DNA from: Mobula hypostoma
Taxonomy: Eukaryota
DNA length: 64,000 nucleotides
Assembly: GCF_963921235.1 (NCBI RefSeq)
Contig: NC_086108.1
Coordinates: forward strand, 36,582,001-36,646,000
Direction: 5' to 3'
Made by a program: the position numbers and the translations under genes. Shown here piece by piece: positions 60,688 to 64,000 of the stretch (position 1 is the stretch's first letter; every line of letters starts with the position of its first letter). The notes beneath the pieces are model-generated. The model had not been told where the DNA came from. It saw only the letters and a list, made by a program, of their open reading frames with translations, and made no database searches.

Positions 60688-62756
60688 TGGCAAAAGAATA
60701 AATCAAGGAAGGTAGTGCACCCGTGGCTGACAAGAGAAATTAGGGATAGTATCAATTCCAAAGAAGTAGCATACAAATTAGCCAGAGAAAGTGGCTCACC
60801 TGAGGACTGGGAGAAATTCAGAGTTCAGCAGAGGAGGACAAAGGGCTTAATTAGGAAGGGGAAAAAAGATTATGAGAGAAAACTGGCAGAGAACATAAAA
60901 ACGGACTGTAAAAGCTTTTATAGATATGTAAAAAGGAAAAGACTGATAAAGACAAATGTAGGTCCCCTGCAAACAGAAACAGGTGAATTGATTATGGGGA
61001 GCAAGGACATGGCAGACCAATTGAATAATTACTTTGGTTCTGTCTTCACTAAGGAGGACATAAATAATCTTCCAGAAATAGTAAGGGACAGAGGGTCCAG
61101 TGAGATGGAGGAACTGAGCGAAATACATGTTAGTAGGGAAGTGGTGTTAGGTAAATTGAAGGGATTGAAGGCAGATAAATCCCCAGGGCCAGATGGTCTG
61201 CATCCCAGAGTGCTTAAGGAAGTGGCCCAAGAAATAGTGGATGCATTAGTGATAATTTTTCAAAACTCGTTAGATTCTGGACTAGTTCCTGAGGATTGGA
61301 GGGTGGCTAATGTAACCCCACTTTTTAAAAAAGGAGGGAGAGAGAAACCGGGGAATTATAGGCCGGTTAGCCTAACGTCGGTGGTGGGGAAACTGCTGGA
61401 GTCAGTTATCAAGGATGTGATAACAGCACATTTGGAAAGCGGTGAAATGATCGGACAAAGTCAGCATGGATTTGTGAAAGGAAAATCATGTCTGACGAAT
61501 CTCATAGAATTTTTTGAGGATGTAACTAGTAGAGTGGATAGGGGAGAACCAGTGGATGTGGTATATTTGGATTTTCAAAAGGCTTTTGACAAGGTCCCAC
61601 ACAGGAGATTAGTGTGCAAACTTAAAGCACACGGTATTGGGGGTAAGGTATTGGTGTGGGTGGAGAATTGGTTAGCAGACAGGAAGCAAAGAGTGGGAAT
61701 AAACGGGACCTTTTCAGAATGGCAGGCGGTGACTAGTGGGGTACCGCAAGGCTCAGTGCTGGGACCCCAGTTGTTTACAATATATATTAATGACTTGGAT
61801 GAGGGAATTAAATGCAGCATCTCCAAGTTTGCGGATGACACGAAGCTGGGTGGCAGTGTTAGCAGTGAGATGCTAAGAGGATGCAGGGTGACTTGGATAG
61901 GTTGGGTGAGTGGGCAAACTCATGGCAGATGCAATTTAATGTGGATAAATGTGAAGTTATCCACTTTGGTGGCAAAAATAGGAAAACAGATTATTATCTG
62001 AATGGTGGCCGATTAGGAAAAGGGGAGGTGCAACGAGACCTGGGTGTCATTATACACCAGTCATTGAAAGTGGGCATGCAGGTACAGCAGGCGGTGAAAA
62101 AGGCGAATGGTATGCTGGCATTTATAGCGAGAGGATTTGAGTACAGGAGCAGGGAGGTACTACTGCAGTTGTACAAGGCCTTGGTGAGACCACACCTGGA
62201 GTATTGTGTGCAGTTTTGGTCCCCTAATCTGAGGAAAGACATCTTTGCCATAGAGGGAGTACAAAGAAGGTTCACCAGATTGATTCCTGGGATGGCAGGT
62301 CTTTCATATGAAGAAAGACTGGATGAACTGGGCTTGTACTCGTTGGAATTTAGAAGATTGAGGGGGGATCTGATTGAAACGTATAAGATCCTAAAGGGTT
62401 TGGACAGGCTAGATGCGGGAAGATTGTTCCCGATGTTGGGGAGGTCTAGAACGAGGGGTCAAAGTTTGAGGATAGAGGGGAAGCCTTTTAGGACCGAGGT
62501 TAGGAAAAACTTCTTCACACAGAGAGTGGTGAATCTGTGGAATTCTCTGCCACAGCAAACTGTTGAGGCCAGTTCATTAGCTATGTTTAAAAGGAAGTTA
62601 GATATGGCCCTTGTGGCTACAGGGGTCAGGGGGTATGGAGGGAAGGCTGGGTTCTGAGTTGGATGATCAGCCATGATCATAATAAATGGCGGTGCAGGCT
62701 CGAAGGGCCGAATGGCCTACTCCTGCACCTATTTTCTATGTTTCTATGTTTCTATG
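60688..62756 (+). mobile_element. 5'-truncated, near-identical copy of the young CR1 (matches 36195-38270)
   Basis: Essentially identical over ~2.07 kb apart from a few substitutions, a 4-bp deletion at ~61869 (frameshift) and a 6-bp deletion near 62650. (TTTCTATG)3 tail. Confidence 0.95.
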
Positions 62757-63264
62757 ATACTGTTCCCACCAAGCTGGCAATGCTACCTTGAATGCAGGAG
62801 AGTGGCAGAGACTTGTGAATATATCCCTGAGAATGATGGGGACACATAATTTCCTTCATCTATTTACACCTACTTCTGTTCCCTAATTTGTCAAGTTTCT
62901 AGTACTCTCAGAGCACTCATTTTCCAATCAGACTCCTAGATCCTGCACTTTATTGCTCTGTGATTCTGAGAGTAAAGCTTGCCTCATTCTTTGGAACAGC
63001 TACTTTGCCACCTTAGAGCATAAGGTGGGTGATGAGGAGGAGGAGTGTAAGGAAAAAAGTACTGTGAAAATCACTACTGCTGAAGTTGACATCAGCTTAG
63101 AAGCTGGCACTGAATTATTTAGAGGGAATGCAAGAGTGAGAGGCTACACATTACTTTTACAGGACAATGGACAAACAAAAAATCCTGCAGCACGAAGTGC
63201 CAGAGGGAAGCTGCTTGGTTTAACAAATCAAATGTTTTGTGCCTTGTAGAACTTCCTTGAAAGG

Positions 63265-64000
63265 TTAGTTGTGGTTGAAACACTGGTTGCGCTCACCCCA
63301 CCTTCCCGCCACCTTAATAGTGATCGAGCTCCTCCTGTCCTCACCTACCAGCCCACCCACCTCAGCATCCACCACATCATCCTCCACAGCTTCTGCAAGG
63401 GATCCTACCACTAAATATATCTTTACCTCCCTCACTCTGTTTTCTACTGGGATTGCTGCCTCCATGATTCCCCTGCCCATTCGTCCCTCTCCATTAATCT
63501 TCCGCACGGCACATATCCCTGTAAGCAGCCTAAGAACTACACCTGCCCATGCATCTCCTTCCTCACCCCCATTCTTGGCCCCAAACACTTCTTCCAGGTG
63601 AGGCAAAACTTCATCTGCAAATCTGTTGGGGCCAACTATTGTGTCCAGTGCTCTCAGTGTGGCCTTCACTATACTGGTGAGACCGTCGTAAATTGGGGGA
63701 CCGCTTCAACGAGTACCTCCACACCATCCGCCACAAGCGAGATTTCCTGGTTGCCAAACATTTTAATTCCGATTCCCATTCCCATTGAGATGTGTTGGTC
63801 CATGGCCTCCTTTTGTGAAAAGATGAGGCCACCCTCAGATTGGAGGAGTAGCACCTTATATTCCAGTTGGGTACCTTCCAACCTGATGGTATGAATATCG
63901 ATTTCTCTTTCCAGTAAACAAATTCCACCGCCCCCACCTTCCTTTATTCAGCACTCTGACCTTCTCAGCTGCCTATTACTTCCCTTACATCCCCTCCTCC
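63265..64000 (+). mobile_element. Penelope-like element fragment (GIY-YIG)
   Basis: FQVRQNFICKSVGANYCVQCSQCGLHYTGET, preceded by linker DNA (RDPTTKYIF). Runs off the window end. Confidence 0.8.

Noticed and set aside
60463..62001. 512-aa ORF with a novel N-terminus
   Set aside because: Flanking DNA happens to be in frame with the truncated CR1 ORF2. It has a TTG start and is frameshifted just after FADD.
36195..62756. The 2-kb direct repeat as LTRs of a giant element or a segmental duplication
   Set aside because: Both repeats are CR1 LINE bodies ending in their own tails with unrelated flanks.
62953..63249. 98-aa ORF in unique DNA
   Set aside because: TTG start, no recognisable domain and no convincing flanking splice pair.
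1..64000. CRISPR arrays, operons or other prokaryotic systems
   Set aside because: The sequence is eukaryotic. The short repeats present are retroelement tails and microsatellites without spacers.

Overview
Vertebrate genomic DNA densely filled with transposable elements, with no recognisable complete host gene. The repeat mix (HE1-like V-SINEs, HER1/CR1-type LINEs, Rex1/Babar, GIY-YIG Penelope-like elements) suggests a cartilaginous fish, probably a ray or shark; this is an inference. Main contents: (1) a full-length 5.8 kb L1 with a 15-bp TSD and three frameshifts. (2) Young CR1 LINEs, one keeping an SGNH-esterase ORF1 that ends on a canonical T-TTA-AAC slippery heptamer. (3) A decayed minus-strand endogenous retrovirus (50242-~55905) with an ERV-L/ERV-S-like gag end and pro-RT-RNaseH-IN, a gamma-type env (ISD, CX6CC, TM) and one 502-bp LTR; its 5' half is lost at a rearrangement that also left a ~230-bp inverted copy. 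(4) A short bipartite RTE-derived non-autonomous element in two copies with TSDs. (5) PIF/Harbinger-type and pogo/Tigger-type non-autonomous DNA transposons. (6) Many Rex/Babar, Penelope and SINE fragments, often nested. A few unique stretches have plausible splice signals and may be + strand host exons (low confidence). Family assignments come from motif recognition by eye; no database search was run.
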